IMG/VR virus record: IMGVR_UViG_3300043451_000039
Location: 64,001-128,000 of that record
Direction: 5' to 3' (one strand)
Source: a virus
Taxonomy: Duplodnaviria > Heunggongvirae > Uroviricota > Caudoviricetes
DNA length: 64,000 nucleotides
Both the position numbers and the translations under genes were made by a program. Positions 31,417-40,129 of this stretch are shown here, piece by piece; positions within the stretch are counted from its first letter, which is position 1; each line of letters opens with the position of its first letter. The notes under the pieces were generated by a model that was not told the origin of the DNA, ran no database searches, and was given only the letters and a program-made list of their open reading frames with translations.

Positions 31417-31942
31417 TGTATTTACCACTTTCTTTATAAAATATATGTCTACCAATTACGGTAGTTTTCTCGAGTTTCCATCTTGGATTTACATAATCTG
31501 CGTGATAGTATAACGCACCTTTTGTTATATCTTTCAAATTTTCATAATTTGCATAGACATAAACTGCCACTTCTCTTGCTTCTTGGTATGCATCTTTCTT
31601 TCTTGGATTTGATACATTTTGACAAAACCAAGAGAACTGACAAACAATTCTTTCAGCGATAGTTGTTTTCTGCTTAACAACTCCACATATATCTTTTGGG
31701 AATCTAGGATCCTGAGTCCTATTAAGTGTAACAAGCGCTACTGCTTCTTTGCCTTCTCTGGGTTCATATCCAGCTTCATGATAGACATTATCTGCTAAGC
31801 AGTCAATTTGTTTTTGGGTTTCTTTTGTTAATTGATTATAACCAATATCAAGTATCACGCTTTCAGAAAAAGCATTTTTTGTTAATAGTATTACACATGT
31901 TGCCAATAATATAAGGGGTATGTATATACGATATTTACGCAT
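31331..31942 (-). CDS. SleB-like cell wall hydrolase (Hydrolase_2)
   Basis: 'CLADNVYHEA..EP..G..AVA.VTLNR....FPKDICGVVKQ...QFSW...GALYYHADYV.P.W...IGRHIFY'. Confidence 0.88.
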   Translation of the reverse strand: MRKYRIYIPLILLATCVILLTKNAFSESVILDIGYNQLTKETQKQIDCLADNVYHEAGYEPREGKEAVALVTLNRTQDPRFPKDICGVVKQKTTIAERIVCQFSWFCQNVSNPRKKDAYQEAREVAVYVYANYENLKDITKGALYYHADYVNPRWKLEKTTVIGRHIFYKESGKYNDDKNESATQGRTVKTLFSSSDGRDYPN

Positions 31943-31956
31943 AGATCTCCTTTGGT

Positions 31957-31986
31957 TAAAAAGCAGAGGATGTGTTAATCCCCTGC
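31957..31986 (-). terminator. Intrinsic terminator
   Basis: Minus strand GCAGGGGAT-TAACAC-ATCCTCTGC-TTTTT. Confidence 0.7.
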
Positions 31987-31997
31987 CCTAATCCCTA

Positions 31998-32273
31998 TCA
32001 GGTGGACTTTTTGCTATTAGTCTTTGTGTCTAGTGGGATATTTGAAACAAAACCATTAAGGGTTTGAGCCTTGGCAATGATTTCTGTTTCGGATGGGTAT
32101 GAAGGGAAACCTGGATGTTCAGGCATCGCTCCACCATTGAGTTTAGCAACTTCTAACTGTGCGTGCCAGTTATTGCTAATTACTTCACGCTTACCATAAT
32201 ATTCATCATTAAGCATGTCTTTCGCCATTTTTAATAGTTCAAGGCGAATCTCGAACGGGGTCATGTTACTCAT
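31998..32273 (-). CDS. Conserved hypothetical phage protein
   Basis: 'TPFEIRLELLKMAKDML...YPSETEIIAKAQTLNGFVS'; late-type CTAAATA at 32347-32353. Confidence 0.65.
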   Translation of the reverse strand: MSNMTPFEIRLELLKMAKDMLNDEYYGKREVISNNWHAQLEVAKLNGGAMPEHPGFPSYPSETEIIAKAQTLNGFVSNIPLDTKTNSKKST

Positions 32274-32359
32274 GTTATACTCCTCGTGTGTTTATGAGTT
32301 GTGTGTAATGAAGGTTTTATTGGGATCCTTCAACCCACTGTATAATTATTTAGGAAGAG

Positions 32360-32551
32360 TTATTTCTTCGCTTCAGCTTCTTTATGCTCAATCTTCTTCT
32401 TTGGAGTTGGCTTTGCTGATTTTGGAGGTGGAGGGCAGTTACCCTTCTTGTCCTTAGTTACGCAATTAGTTTCTTCTTTCTTGGCAGGTTCAACACCAGC
32501 AAAAGTAGCAGAAGTGAATGCTAATGCGATTAATACTAATAAATGTTTCAT
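32360..32551 (-). CDS. Small exported protein
   Basis: Signal peptide MKHLLVLIALAFTSATFA; Cys pair; Lys/Pro-rich tail. Confidence 0.6.
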   Translation of the reverse strand: MKHLLVLIALAFTSATFAGVEPAKKEETNCVTKDKKGNCPPPPKSAKPTPKKKIEHKEAEAKK

Positions 32552-32579
32552 ACAATTTCCTTTGGGTTAGTTTAAATAC

Positions 32580-32843
32580 TTAGTCAACCACTGCGACAAT
32601 GAATTCTTCTTTAATCATAATTCTCTGGGCATCACCAATTTTAACGACTTGCCCCTTGTTCCATTCCAAATAGATTACGTCACCAACTTTAACATCAGTG
32701 ACTTCAGAACCTATTGCTAAAACAGTTCCAGTTTTAGAATCACGATTGGATGTAGTACCATCCAGAATAATACCTGACGCAGTTGTTTGATCAACTTTGT
32801 TTTCAGCTACTAAAACCATTTTACGCAGTGGTTTGACTTCCAT
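32580..32843 (-). CDS. groES: Co-chaperonin GroES (cpn10)
   Basis: 'VKPL...VLV...TTASGIIL...GTVLAIG...VKVGD.I'. Confidence 0.88.
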   Translation of the reverse strand: MEVKPLRKMVLVAENKVDQTTASGIILDGTTSNRDSKTGTVLAIGSEVTDVKVGDVIYLEWNKGQVVKIGDAQRIMIKEEFIVAVVD

Positions 32844-32845
32844 AA

Positions 32846-33412
32846 TTAAAATGCCCTTGTATAAGCGATAGTTGTTTGTTTGTTAGCACCATCACCACTT
32901 TGAACATCATATCCAAGTTTAATTGAATCTTGTTTAGTGATTGCGTAACCTACGCTGTAACGCATAGTTTGGCTAGTATCAGCATTTACATTTGAATCAT
33001 AAGCAGTGCGGTAGCGATATGCTACACGAGCACTAAAGTCACCAAGTTTAGCATTGATACCTGGCTCTACAGAGTAGTAACCGAAATCAGGCGAACCAGA
33101 CTTTTGCTTAATACCAGTAGCAACACGAACATCACCACGGAAAATGTCAGTAACATTATACCCTGGAGTTACACCAATTTCATAACGATTAGTAACAGAA
33201 CGTGAAATATCAGCAGTTTCAGTATTGATACCTGCATCAACATCGACATTGGTAAATGCGCGAGTCTTAACAGACATGTTCAATACGTGACTTTGAACTG
33301 ATGGAGTTGCATCAGTATCTTTAACACCATATGTCAAAGTTGCTGATGATTGTGCGTTTGCTAACGCAGAGAATGCTACTAGTGATGCAGCAGCGATAAG
33401 TTTTAATTTCAT
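32846..33412 (-). CDS. Outer-membrane beta-barrel protein
   Basis: Sec signal peptide, alternating amphipathic strands, C-terminal '...IAYTRAF'. Confidence 0.7.
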   Translation of the reverse strand: MKLKLIAAASLVAFSALANAQSSATLTYGVKDTDATPSVQSHVLNMSVKTRAFTNVDVDAGINTETADISRSVTNRYEIGVTPGYNVTDIFRGDVRVATGIKQKSGSPDFGYYSVEPGINAKLGDFSARVAYRYRTAYDSNVNADTSQTMRYSVGYAITKQDSIKLGYDVQSGDGANKQTTIAYTRAF

Positions 33413-33480
33413 TTAGTTATCCTAAAATTAATAAAGGTTAAAAGGTATGGCTGGCACACAATGTGGCTGGCATAATAAAT

Positions 33481-33790
33481 TGGTTGGTTATTCTGTTACG
33501 AGGAAACCAACCGAAACCCTAGTCAGCGTTTAGGCTGCCAATGCGTAGACAGAGTCGTTTGCATTTACTTAGTTTGCTTGATTTACGGTCATCGCCTACC
33601 GTGTTGCCGTCTCTACTATCTACCCCTGTCGAAACCATGGCACCCCCATCATAAATGCAGAAGTTCGTCAAGGGAACCTGTCTCGAATATGCTCGCTAGT
33701 TGCGATCTGAAGCCAACATATCGTCTATCTGCACTTATGGTGGAGGTGGTGGGAGTCGAACCCACGTCCAGAAGTCCTTCGCTTTGAAGG
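33481..33790 (-). ncRNA. ssrA: Circularly permuted (two-piece) tmRNA: acceptor piece ~33790-33738, intervening segment 33737-33648, coding piece 33647-~33481
   Basis: 3' part GGACGTGGGTTCGACTCCCACCACCTCCACCA precedes 5' part GGGGGTGCCATGGTTTCGAC; the two form a 7-bp acceptor stem with G3.U70; tag GCA AAC GAC TCT GTC TAC GCA TTG GCA GCC TAA = ANDSVYALAA* at 33562-33530. Confidence 0.93.
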
Positions 33791-33811
33791 GATTACAACA
33801 ATATTCTATAT

Positions 33812-33840
33812 ATTATACTTTAAGTATTATTGAAAGTCAA
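33812..33840 (-). promoter_or_regulatory. Sigma70 promoter of tmRNA
   Basis: TTGACT-N17-TATAAT directly upstream of the acceptor piece. Confidence 0.88.
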
Positions 33841-34319
33841 ATTAATCTCATAACCAAAACATATCTATTTGCATCAACTTTAGTAACTTCATGAGGGAAT
33901 TCGCTACCAGCTGGCGCAACAACCATAGTTCCTACTGTTGGTTTTATATCTATGCCTTGTTTTGGGTAAACTAAATGTCCACCATTAAAATTATCATTTA
34001 AGAATATGATAACAGAATGTGTCCATTCAGTAATCTTAACTATTTCTCCATTAGAAACGATAGAATTGTCGCAATGAATTTCATTGCCAGTTCCAGGTGG
34101 GTAAAATACTAGTGGAGCATTAACTACATTCCATTTATATTTTTCAGCAAGACGCTTAACAATACCATGTTCAAGCATTCTTCTGCGTTCTAAATTATTG
34201 TAATCACCATAATTGAAAGCAGGGTCTTCAGCAACAGTATTATCAATATTAGCGTCATGTATCAATTGTATACATTCAGCTTGTGATAACTCATTTGGGA
34301 CAATTATAATTTGTTCCAT
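33837..34319 (-). CDS. 2OG-Fe(II) oxygenase (prolyl-hydroxylase-like)
   Basis: HCD...FNGG.L.YP...PHEV...RY. Confidence 0.85.
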   Translation of the reverse strand: MEQIIIVPNELSQAECIQLIHDANIDNTVAEDPAFNYGDYNNLERRRMLEHGIVKRLAEKYKWNVVNAPLVFYPPGTGNEIHCDNSIVSNGEIVKITEWTHSVIIFLNDNFNGGHLVYPKQGIDIKPTVGTMVVAPAGSEFPHEVTKVDANRYVLVMRLI

Positions 34320-34973
34320 TTAAATACCTTTTAGATTTTTGTAATCTAATCTTAATTTACGAAACCCACCGATCCAGTTGTCTCTTTTCTCAATGAACCA
34401 ACGAGGGTCATCATTTTCAACTGCCATAATAATAACAAGTCTACCAATAGGAATCCCTGTTCGTTCTTCAAATGCTACTGCGTAAGCAGCAGTCTGCATA
34501 AAATAGTTGTAGATATCATCTCTATCTTTTGGTTTAGATGATGTCTTAAAATCTATAACAGATAGTTTACCTTGGAACTCTCCGATACAATCAACTGTTC
34601 CTGCGACTTGTAAAAAGTCAGACCATAATGGCGTTTCCAAACAGTGGATATTATCGACTTGATCAAGTAAGGGTTTGATTGAGTTGAACATTTCAAGGTC
34701 GAACATGTCGGCTTCAAATATGTTTCCTCGTAAATAGTCTTCACAGTATTGGTGAATCCTTGTTCCTCTTGCTGATGCTTTACCAGAGATTCGGTTCGCT
34801 TCTTCTTCACCAACCCTCTTTCTCCACGCAGCAATTCCTTGCGCTGTGTGGAGTCCTGTAACTGTTGTAACGGAGGGATAGGCTTTACCTGAAGGTGTTT
34901 TGTATACTCTTGACCCATTTGGGGCAGTATCACGCTCAAGTTTGGGAAAATCATGATATATAAAGTTTTTCAT
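34320..34973 (-). CDS. PD-(D/E)XK exonuclease (Cas4/MGME1-like)
   Basis: 'YPSVTTV...RGTRIH...E...AGTVDC...IDFKTS...QTAAY'. Confidence 0.85.
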   Translation of the reverse strand: MKNFIYHDFPKLERDTAPNGSRVYKTPSGKAYPSVTTVTGLHTAQGIAAWRKRVGEEEANRISGKASARGTRIHQYCEDYLRGNIFEADMFDLEMFNSIKPLLDQVDNIHCLETPLWSDFLQVAGTVDCIGEFQGKLSVIDFKTSSKPKDRDDIYNYFMQTAAYAVAFEERTGIPIGRLVIIMAVENDDPRWFIEKRDNWIGGFRKLRLDYKNLKGI

Positions 34974-35597
34974 TTATCCTACTAGTAAGTGCATACACTC
35001 ATTATAATGTTTAATACGATCTTCAAGACCAATGTATCCACCATTGATTTTGCGAGTCATTGTTTTGATATCACCGATATCCGCTTCATGGTTTAACTTG
35101 TTTTTATTCCAGAACCAAATTGCTGACATCAAAGCAAAGTCACGATCTGCTGTAACCCAATCTGGATTCTCAACAACATTCTCCCAGTCTTCGAACATTT
35201 CTTTGGCAAATGCTGTATAGTTCGCACGACCAGTCAACTGAATTGGTCCACGTCCACGGAAACGATATCCGTCTCCTGATTCTGGGCCACCATTACCCAT
35301 GCGATTAGCATAGATCTTGTTCGCAATCATTTCTGGGTGGCGAGCATAAGGTTGAGCAGATTCAATTGTGGGGAAATACTTCTTGAAAATGCTATTCAAA
35401 CCTTGCGCTGAATAATTTAAATTTTCTTCAAATACTGTCCAACCACCAGATTCATGACCACATTGAGCAAGAAAGGCTGCTACACGCTCTGGTGTATTAA
35501 TATCATAAGTTGGGAATACATCACACATTGACTGAGCCCAAGAAGCTGGATCTTGCGCTCTAGGAAATAGGTGGTGGAATTGTTCGGCTGTTATCAT
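34974..35597 (-). CDS. GH19 endolysin
   Basis: 'AAFLAQCGHESGG..ENLNYSA...YANRMGN...DGYRFRGRGPIQLTGRANY...INGG.IGLEDR'. Confidence 0.92.
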   Translation of the reverse strand: MITAEQFHHLFPRAQDPASWAQSMCDVFPTYDINTPERVAAFLAQCGHESGGWTVFEENLNYSAQGLNSIFKKYFPTIESAQPYARHPEMIANKIYANRMGNGGPESGDGYRFRGRGPIQLTGRANYTAFAKEMFEDWENVVENPDWVTADRDFALMSAIWFWNKNKLNHEADIGDIKTMTRKINGGYIGLEDRIKHYNECMHLLVG

Positions 35598-36364
35598 TTT
35601 TTTCTATCCTCGTAATCTTCGTACTTTAATTTAGCCAAGATATAATCCTTGACTAATGATGATCGAACAATATCATCTACGGTAAACTCAATACGAGTAA
35701 ATGCCTTCATATGTTGGGCAATATCAAAAAACTTCAAAATACCAGTGACATCGTTCTTTCGTTTATTTAGGTCGGTTTGACGATAATCTCCGCACCAGAT
35801 AATCTTTGACATATGACCAACACGAGTCATAACAGTGTCAATTTCTTCATAGGTAAGGTTCTGCATTTCGTCAACGATAATAATAGCATTATCAAAAGAC
35901 ATACCACGAATGAACGATGTAGAAATGAAACTTACATATCCCTGTTCTTCTAAACGATCCCAAGCATCTTTGCGTTCAAAAAGTTGATGACAAATCTGAC
36001 GATATGGTTGTTCGTAGATATCCATCTTTTCACCAACATCTCCTGGAAGGTGACCAATCTCACGAGACTGAACTGCTGAACGAACTACAATAATTTTGTT
36101 AAAGGGGTTTGATTTATCTAATACTTCTTCAATTGCTTTGTAGAGAGCAATAAATGTTTTACCAGTGCCAGCGACGCCATGTAATGCTATAAAATAATCA
36201 CCTTGTTTATATGCGTCGTAAAATAATTTTTGATTATCTGTTAAAGGTTGAAATGTTTTTAAATTGTCTAGTCGTAATTTTAATTGGTTACTAGCGACTG
36301 GTTTTGACTCACGTTCTTCATTATGATTATCTGCTACTTTTTTTGCGACTGGTGTGCGAGCCAT
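35594..36364 (-). CDS. phoH: PhoH-family ATPase
   Basis: 'GVAGTGKTF', 'GHLPG', 'FIRGMSFDNAIIIVDEMQN', 'GDYRQTDL'. Confidence 0.92.
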   Translation of the reverse strand: MARTPVAKKVADNHNEERESKPVASNQLKLRLDNLKTFQPLTDNQKLFYDAYKQGDYFIALHGVAGTGKTFIALYKAIEEVLDKSNPFNKIIVVRSAVQSREIGHLPGDVGEKMDIYEQPYRQICHQLFERKDAWDRLEEQGYVSFISTSFIRGMSFDNAIIIVDEMQNLTYEEIDTVMTRVGHMSKIIWCGDYRQTDLNKRKNDVTGILKFFDIAQHMKAFTRIEFTVDDIVRSSLVKDYILAKLKYEDYEDRKK

Positions 36365-36376
36365 TAATTTTCCTTT

Positions 36377-36571
36377 TTATTGTTCGAACTTCTTAATCTT
36401 TCTGGATGTTTCTGCCATTTCATCTTTAAGTTTTAGTTTCTTCTTTTTAAGAGATTCAACTTTCAAGTCATCAGTATGATGTTCGTACAATTGTGATATT
36501 TGTTTATCTAATTCATCATGTTTCTCTTTAAGGGATTCGTAGTGATGAACTAATTTTTCTCTAGTAATCAT
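36377..36571 (-). CDS. DUF465/YdcH-like small helical protein
   Basis: 'L.EKHDELDKQI...LKKKKLKLKDEM'. Confidence 0.65.
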   Translation of the reverse strand: MITREKLVHHYESLKEKHDELDKQISQLYEHHTDDLKVESLKKKKLKLKDEMAETSRKIKKFEQ

Positions 36572-36579
36572 GTATCTCC

Positions 36580-36828
36580 TTAGAGTTGAGATGAAGTCTT
36601 ATTTAATTCGCTGCCTGGAGATCGTTCGTGAATTTTTTGTAGCACCTCCTTAAATCCAGAATCAAATTTTCTGGTTGATGTCATCTTAGTGGGGTCACCA
36701 AACGCCACTGCTTGAATTACTGTTTCTAGTTGGGGATTCTCGGCTCTGAATGAGTCAAGTTCTGAGATCTTCATTATCTTTTCAAACTGTTCGCCAGTTT
36801 CTTTATTACGAAATACATAGGTAGGCAT
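36580..36828 (-). CDS. FmdB-like small protein (no Cys)
   Basis: 'MPTYVFRNKETGEQFE...GFKEVLQKIH..SPGS'. Confidence 0.65.
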   Translation of the reverse strand: MPTYVFRNKETGEQFEKIMKISELDSFRAENPQLETVIQAVAFGDPTKMTSTRKFDSGFKEVLQKIHERSPGSELNKTSSQL

Positions 36829-36830
36829 AA

Positions 36831-37436
36831 TTATCCATTTACATTAAATGCTACAGTAATTCTATTACCGTCACTATTACTTAGGGGAACTTCGTGCGCA
36901 AGCCAAGATGGCCATAATAAAATCATACCTTTTTTAACAGGAACCACAAATTCTGGCAATAAAGTGTAAGGTGTAGTCCTATTAAATATGGGCTCATAAT
37001 ATACATAATCATAATATGGTCTAGGATCTTTGAATATTAATGGTGGACTATCATCACAAGCATCAAGATAAAAACATCCAGAAAGCAAAGAACTTGGATG
37101 CGCATGTAAGTTATGCGTAGAATCTTTTCCTATTTTATTGAACAAATAAAATATGTTTGACCCCAAATCATTGTATCTATTCGCATCTACATTGTTATCA
37201 TTAAGGTACTGATATGAAATTCCTCTGATATAGTCTCCCAAGATTTTCATTCTTGGGTCATTCATTATCATAGCACCAACATCTTTATTTTTGTATGTGG
37301 AAATATGATTTTTAAATTTTGTTAAAACTGTTCCATGTTTTTCTAAATACTCATTCGCAATTGGAAGAATTTTATCAGCCAATTCTAATTGTATATCACT
37401 AAAAACGCAAGTGGGAAATATATGTGTATAAGCCAT
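36831..37436 (-). CDS. 2OG-Fe(II) oxygenase-like (TIGR02466-type)
   Basis: HAH..SLLSGCFY...WPSWLAHEV...RITVAFN; canonical TATAAATA at 37442-37449 upstream of MAYTHIF. Confidence 0.8.
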   Translation of the reverse strand: MAYTHIFPTCVFSDIQLELADKILPIANEYLEKHGTVLTKFKNHISTYKNKDVGAMIMNDPRMKILGDYIRGISYQYLNDNNVDANRYNDLGSNIFYLFNKIGKDSTHNLHAHPSSLLSGCFYLDACDDSPPLIFKDPRPYYDYVYYEPIFNRTTPYTLLPEFVVPVKKGMILLWPSWLAHEVPLSNSDGNRITVAFNVNG

Positions 37437-37444
37437 ATTTCTAT

Positions 37445-37981
37445 TTATACAACCCAATGCGGTGTTTCTCGGTTTTTCCAAGAAAACATTCTCTGTTTGT
37501 CTCCAAGATAATAATTCTTATATGATTGAATAGAATTACCTGCTACTTTATATTCATCAGGCATGGCTGGAGTAGGCTCAGTAAATTGCTCGTCCATATT
37601 AATATTCTTTGGTGGTCGAGCCAGAGTTGTTAGAAGTCTGGACGTGGCATGCTGTTTTCCATATCGGTAGGTGTATTCTTCGAGCAATTCGCAGAACAAG
37701 GTAAAGAGCCATCGATAGTTTTGTTCACCTCGTCGCGCCCAAACAGCACTAGGATGATTGATATGAGTAGCGCTGTAAAGAACAGAATCACGGTTGTCAG
37801 GTAGAGTCCACGATTTTTTTCTTCGTCCAGTTCCAGTAAGAACCACAGACTCAGTGCCATCAAGTACTCGATGTGCTGTAGAAAGAAGTTGAGCATATTC
37901 TAAAATCATTTTAACACAGTGCTTATCGACATGCATCTGTGCGCAGGTTTTTGGGTTTTTGTCGAGATAGAAAATATTCAT
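37445..37981 (-). CDS. Pyrimidine-dimer DNA glycosylase (DenV-like)
   Basis: 'MNIFYLD...HVDKHCVKMILEYAQLLST...THINHPS.VW'. Confidence 0.75.
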   Translation of the reverse strand: MNIFYLDKNPKTCAQMHVDKHCVKMILEYAQLLSTAHRVLDGTESVVLTGTGRRKKSWTLPDNRDSVLYSATHINHPSAVWARRGEQNYRWLFTLFCELLEEYTYRYGKQHATSRLLTTLARPPKNINMDEQFTEPTPAMPDEYKVAGNSIQSYKNYYLGDKQRMFSWKNRETPHWVV

Positions 37982-38256
37982 GGTAAAATTGCGCTTCCAA
38001 ATTCGTCAAGTTTAATTCGAGGAACATCATGCCAAAACATTTTTACAATACCAGTTCCATATTCATCGTGTTCTGAAATTTGCATTTGAAGTTTAACAGT
38101 TTGAATTTTACCTTCACCATCAACAACTTCAGCAACACGAAATTCATATGATAATGGTTTAACAAATTGAATAGGAATTGCAGGTGGTGACGATGGTGTT
38201 GGGGGTGTCACATATAATTGTTTGGTAGTCAATACACTCATTTTATCATTTTCCAA
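37978..38256 (-). CDS. Hypothetical protein
   Basis: ORF track; overlaps neighbours in operon fashion. Confidence 0.5.
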   Translation of the reverse strand: MENDKMSVLTTKQLYVTPPTPSSPPAIPIQFVKPLSYEFRVAEVVDGEGKIQTVKLQMQISEHDEYGTGIVKMFWHDVPRIKLDEFGSAILP

Positions 38257-38711
38257 AAATTAAAAGCCATAGAAATACGCTCACCACTACCAGCATTTGG
38301 TAACACACGATGAGACAAATCATCAGGAAACAAAACTAAAAGTCCTTCGGTTGGGATAACAAATCCCTCACCTTCACCATCTTGATACTCAAACGCTCCA
38401 GCATTTTCTGGTATTTGAATATAAAGACATCCACACATCTTATGGTCTTCACCACCATAATGATCATGCCAGAAATTATAATCATCACCTTCATTGATAT
38501 TGAACCAATAGGTTACTTCACCTTCATAATTCGCTTCTCGTTTAACTGCGTCAACAACTTCTTCAGCCCACGCATAAGATTTACGATTACAACGATCGCT
38601 TTGCCAACCACCAACATTAGTTCGCTGAACAAAATCGACAACGCCACGCAATGAAAGAACATTGGTGGCGAAGTTTTCAGGTAAATTAATATGCTTTAAG
38701 ACAACACTCAT
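38238..38711 (-). CDS. 2OG-Fe(II) oxygenase-like (TIGR02466-type)
   Basis: WHDH...LFPDDLSHRV...RISMAFN. Confidence 0.78.
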   Translation of the reverse strand: MSVVLKHINLPENFATNVLSLRGVVDFVQRTNVGGWQSDRCNRKSYAWAEEVVDAVKREANYEGEVTYWFNINEGDDYNFWHDHYGGEDHKMCGCLYIQIPENAGAFEYQDGEGEGFVIPTEGLLVLFPDDLSHRVLPNAGSGERISMAFNFWKMIK

Positions 38712-39019
38712 AGCATTCGAATTAAACCAATCGTATCAATAGAAGTTAACAAAATGTAGTTAGCCAACATGCCAAAAGATTTCCGAGTCCAAGCAGCCCA
38801 AGCATACATGGCGCAGCCAGTAATCCAAACAGGATAAAGAGCGAGAAGCGGAGGGTTGGGGACTGTGCTCGCCATAGTAATACTACATCCAATGCTAACA
38901 GCCCAAGCAAGCAACTCAACAATAAAGCGAACTCTGTGAGACTTAAAATCATCTTTGATCCATTGTAAAGTAGGTGCGAAAATATCAAGCATAATTGCCT
39001 CGGAGTGCTTCAAGAGCAC
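38708..39019 (-). CDS. Small membrane protein
   Basis: Three hydrophobic segments. Confidence 0.6.
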   Translation of the reverse strand: MLLKHSEAIMLDIFAPTLQWIKDDFKSHRVRFIVELLAWAVSIGCSITMASTVPNPPLLALYPVWITGCAMYAWAAWTRKSFGMLANYILLTSIDTIGLIRML

Positions 39020-39491
39020 GCAACTGTAAAATTGTTGAATCTAAGATACGAACAGTCTCAGATGCGTGACTATGGAGGATACCATGACCACCCTTAGCAA
39101 CAAATGGACCGATACATCCACTAGAATCATCAATCAAAATAGAATGTGGGGTTGCGAAATTCGCTTTTTCTTCTTTGTTGCGTGTGAAGTTTGGTTTGTA
39201 AGGGATATTTTTAGCATTCAACCACTTAATCTTCTGACGCTTGGCTTCTTCACCCTGCGCAGGTTCATGAGTTCCCATTGAAGTAAGAATTTCAACCTTA
39301 ACACCATGTAAACGAGAGACGTGATTCAGCAATTCTTGTGTGTCTGGCATAAAATCAAGGTCTTCAAAGATTTTATAGTCCATAACAGCAGAACGAAACT
39401 TCTTTCGGTCCTCTTTGTAAGGGTCAATTTTGGTGTAAGCCTTGTTGAAGTCAGCTAACACGCCATCCATGTCTAAGTAAAGTGTAATCAT
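38985..39491 (-). CDS. HAD-family 5'(3')-deoxyribonucleotidase
   Basis: 'LDMDGVLADF', 'ILTS', 'K..W', 'ILIDD'. Confidence 0.85.
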   Translation of the reverse strand: MITLYLDMDGVLADFNKAYTKIDPYKEDRKKFRSAVMDYKIFEDLDFMPDTQELLNHVSRLHGVKVEILTSMGTHEPAQGEEAKRQKIKWLNAKNIPYKPNFTRNKEEKANFATPHSILIDDSSGCIGPFVAKGGHGILHSHASETVRILDSTILQLRALEALRGNYA

Positions 39492-39497
39492 ACTAAT

Positions 39498-39526
39498 ATT
39501 ATACCTGAAATTTTAGTAAAAGTCAA
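39498..39526 (-). promoter_or_regulatory. Sigma70-type promoter
   Basis: TTGACT-N17-TATAAT. Confidence 0.85.
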
Positions 39527-39527
39527 G

Positions 39528-39902
39528 TCATTTCACGAATTTTGCAAAATTAGGTGGCTGCCAGCCCTCTGGTTTGAGGATTTTTCCATCTTCGCGACGC
39601 AAAACGACGCCAGTAGCCTTGTCAATCTTGGATAAATTCGATTTTGCACCTTCATCCCACGCTCTTTCACAGTCCCAACCACGAGATTTCATGTATCCGA
39701 TGATAACCCACATCATATCGAAACATGCATCGAGCTGTTCAGTGTCATCTCCAGCTGCAAGAGCATCTCGAAACTCATTATATTCTTCAATAATCAGATT
39801 TTGATACAATCTGGACAAATCATTTTGCCCTGTCGGTGTATTTGCATGATGCTGCCCACACGCAGCAAGAAAAACTTCAACGTCTGTAAAGGTTTTGCTC
39901 AT
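39528..39902 (-). CDS. MazG/PRA-PH-like nucleotide pyrophosphohydrolase
   Basis: 'LIIEEYNEF...DACFDMMWV...SNLSK...REDGKILKPEGW.PPN'. Confidence 0.85.
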   Translation of the reverse strand: MSKTFTDVEVFLAACGQHHANTPTGQNDLSRLYQNLIIEEYNEFRDALAAGDDTEQLDACFDMMWVIIGYMKSRGWDCERAWDEGAKSNLSKIDKATGVVLRREDGKILKPEGWQPPNFAKFVK

Positions 39903-40129
39903 TTGTTTCTTTCTGTATCAAAATAAAATTCGGAATGTTGAACATCATCTACTAGTTCTTCTTCAACATAGTCAAGTGTTCCTGTTGGGAGATAACCTGC
40001 GCCACGAAGGAACAAATCAATATTCTCAAGAACATCACCAAGATAGTCATAATCAAACTCATGGGTGATTTTTGTTAGGGGTGCGCCGAACATGTCTTTA
40101 TGTTCAGCAATCAATGTAAATTTAGGCAT
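39899..40129 (-). CDS. Hypothetical protein
   Basis: 'ITHEF....L.DVLENI..FLRGAGY' phage motif. Confidence 0.6.
   Translation of the reverse strand: MPKFTLIAEHKDMFGAPLTKITHEFDYDYLGDVLENIDLFLRGAGYLPTGTLDYVEEELVDDVQHSEFYFDTERNK

Noticed and set aside
33448-33472. Direct repeat TGGCTGGCA x2 after the tmRNA
   Set aside because: Only two 9-bp copies; not a terminator hairpin or an array, and no function can be supported
33578-33894. ORFs 33578-33787 and 33700-33894 (+)
   Set aside because: Antisense to the tmRNA and its promoter; no protein features
34320-34973. Cas4-like nuclease as part of a CRISPR system
   Set aside because: Stand-alone PD-(D/E)XK exonuclease common in T4-like phages; no array or other cas genes nearby
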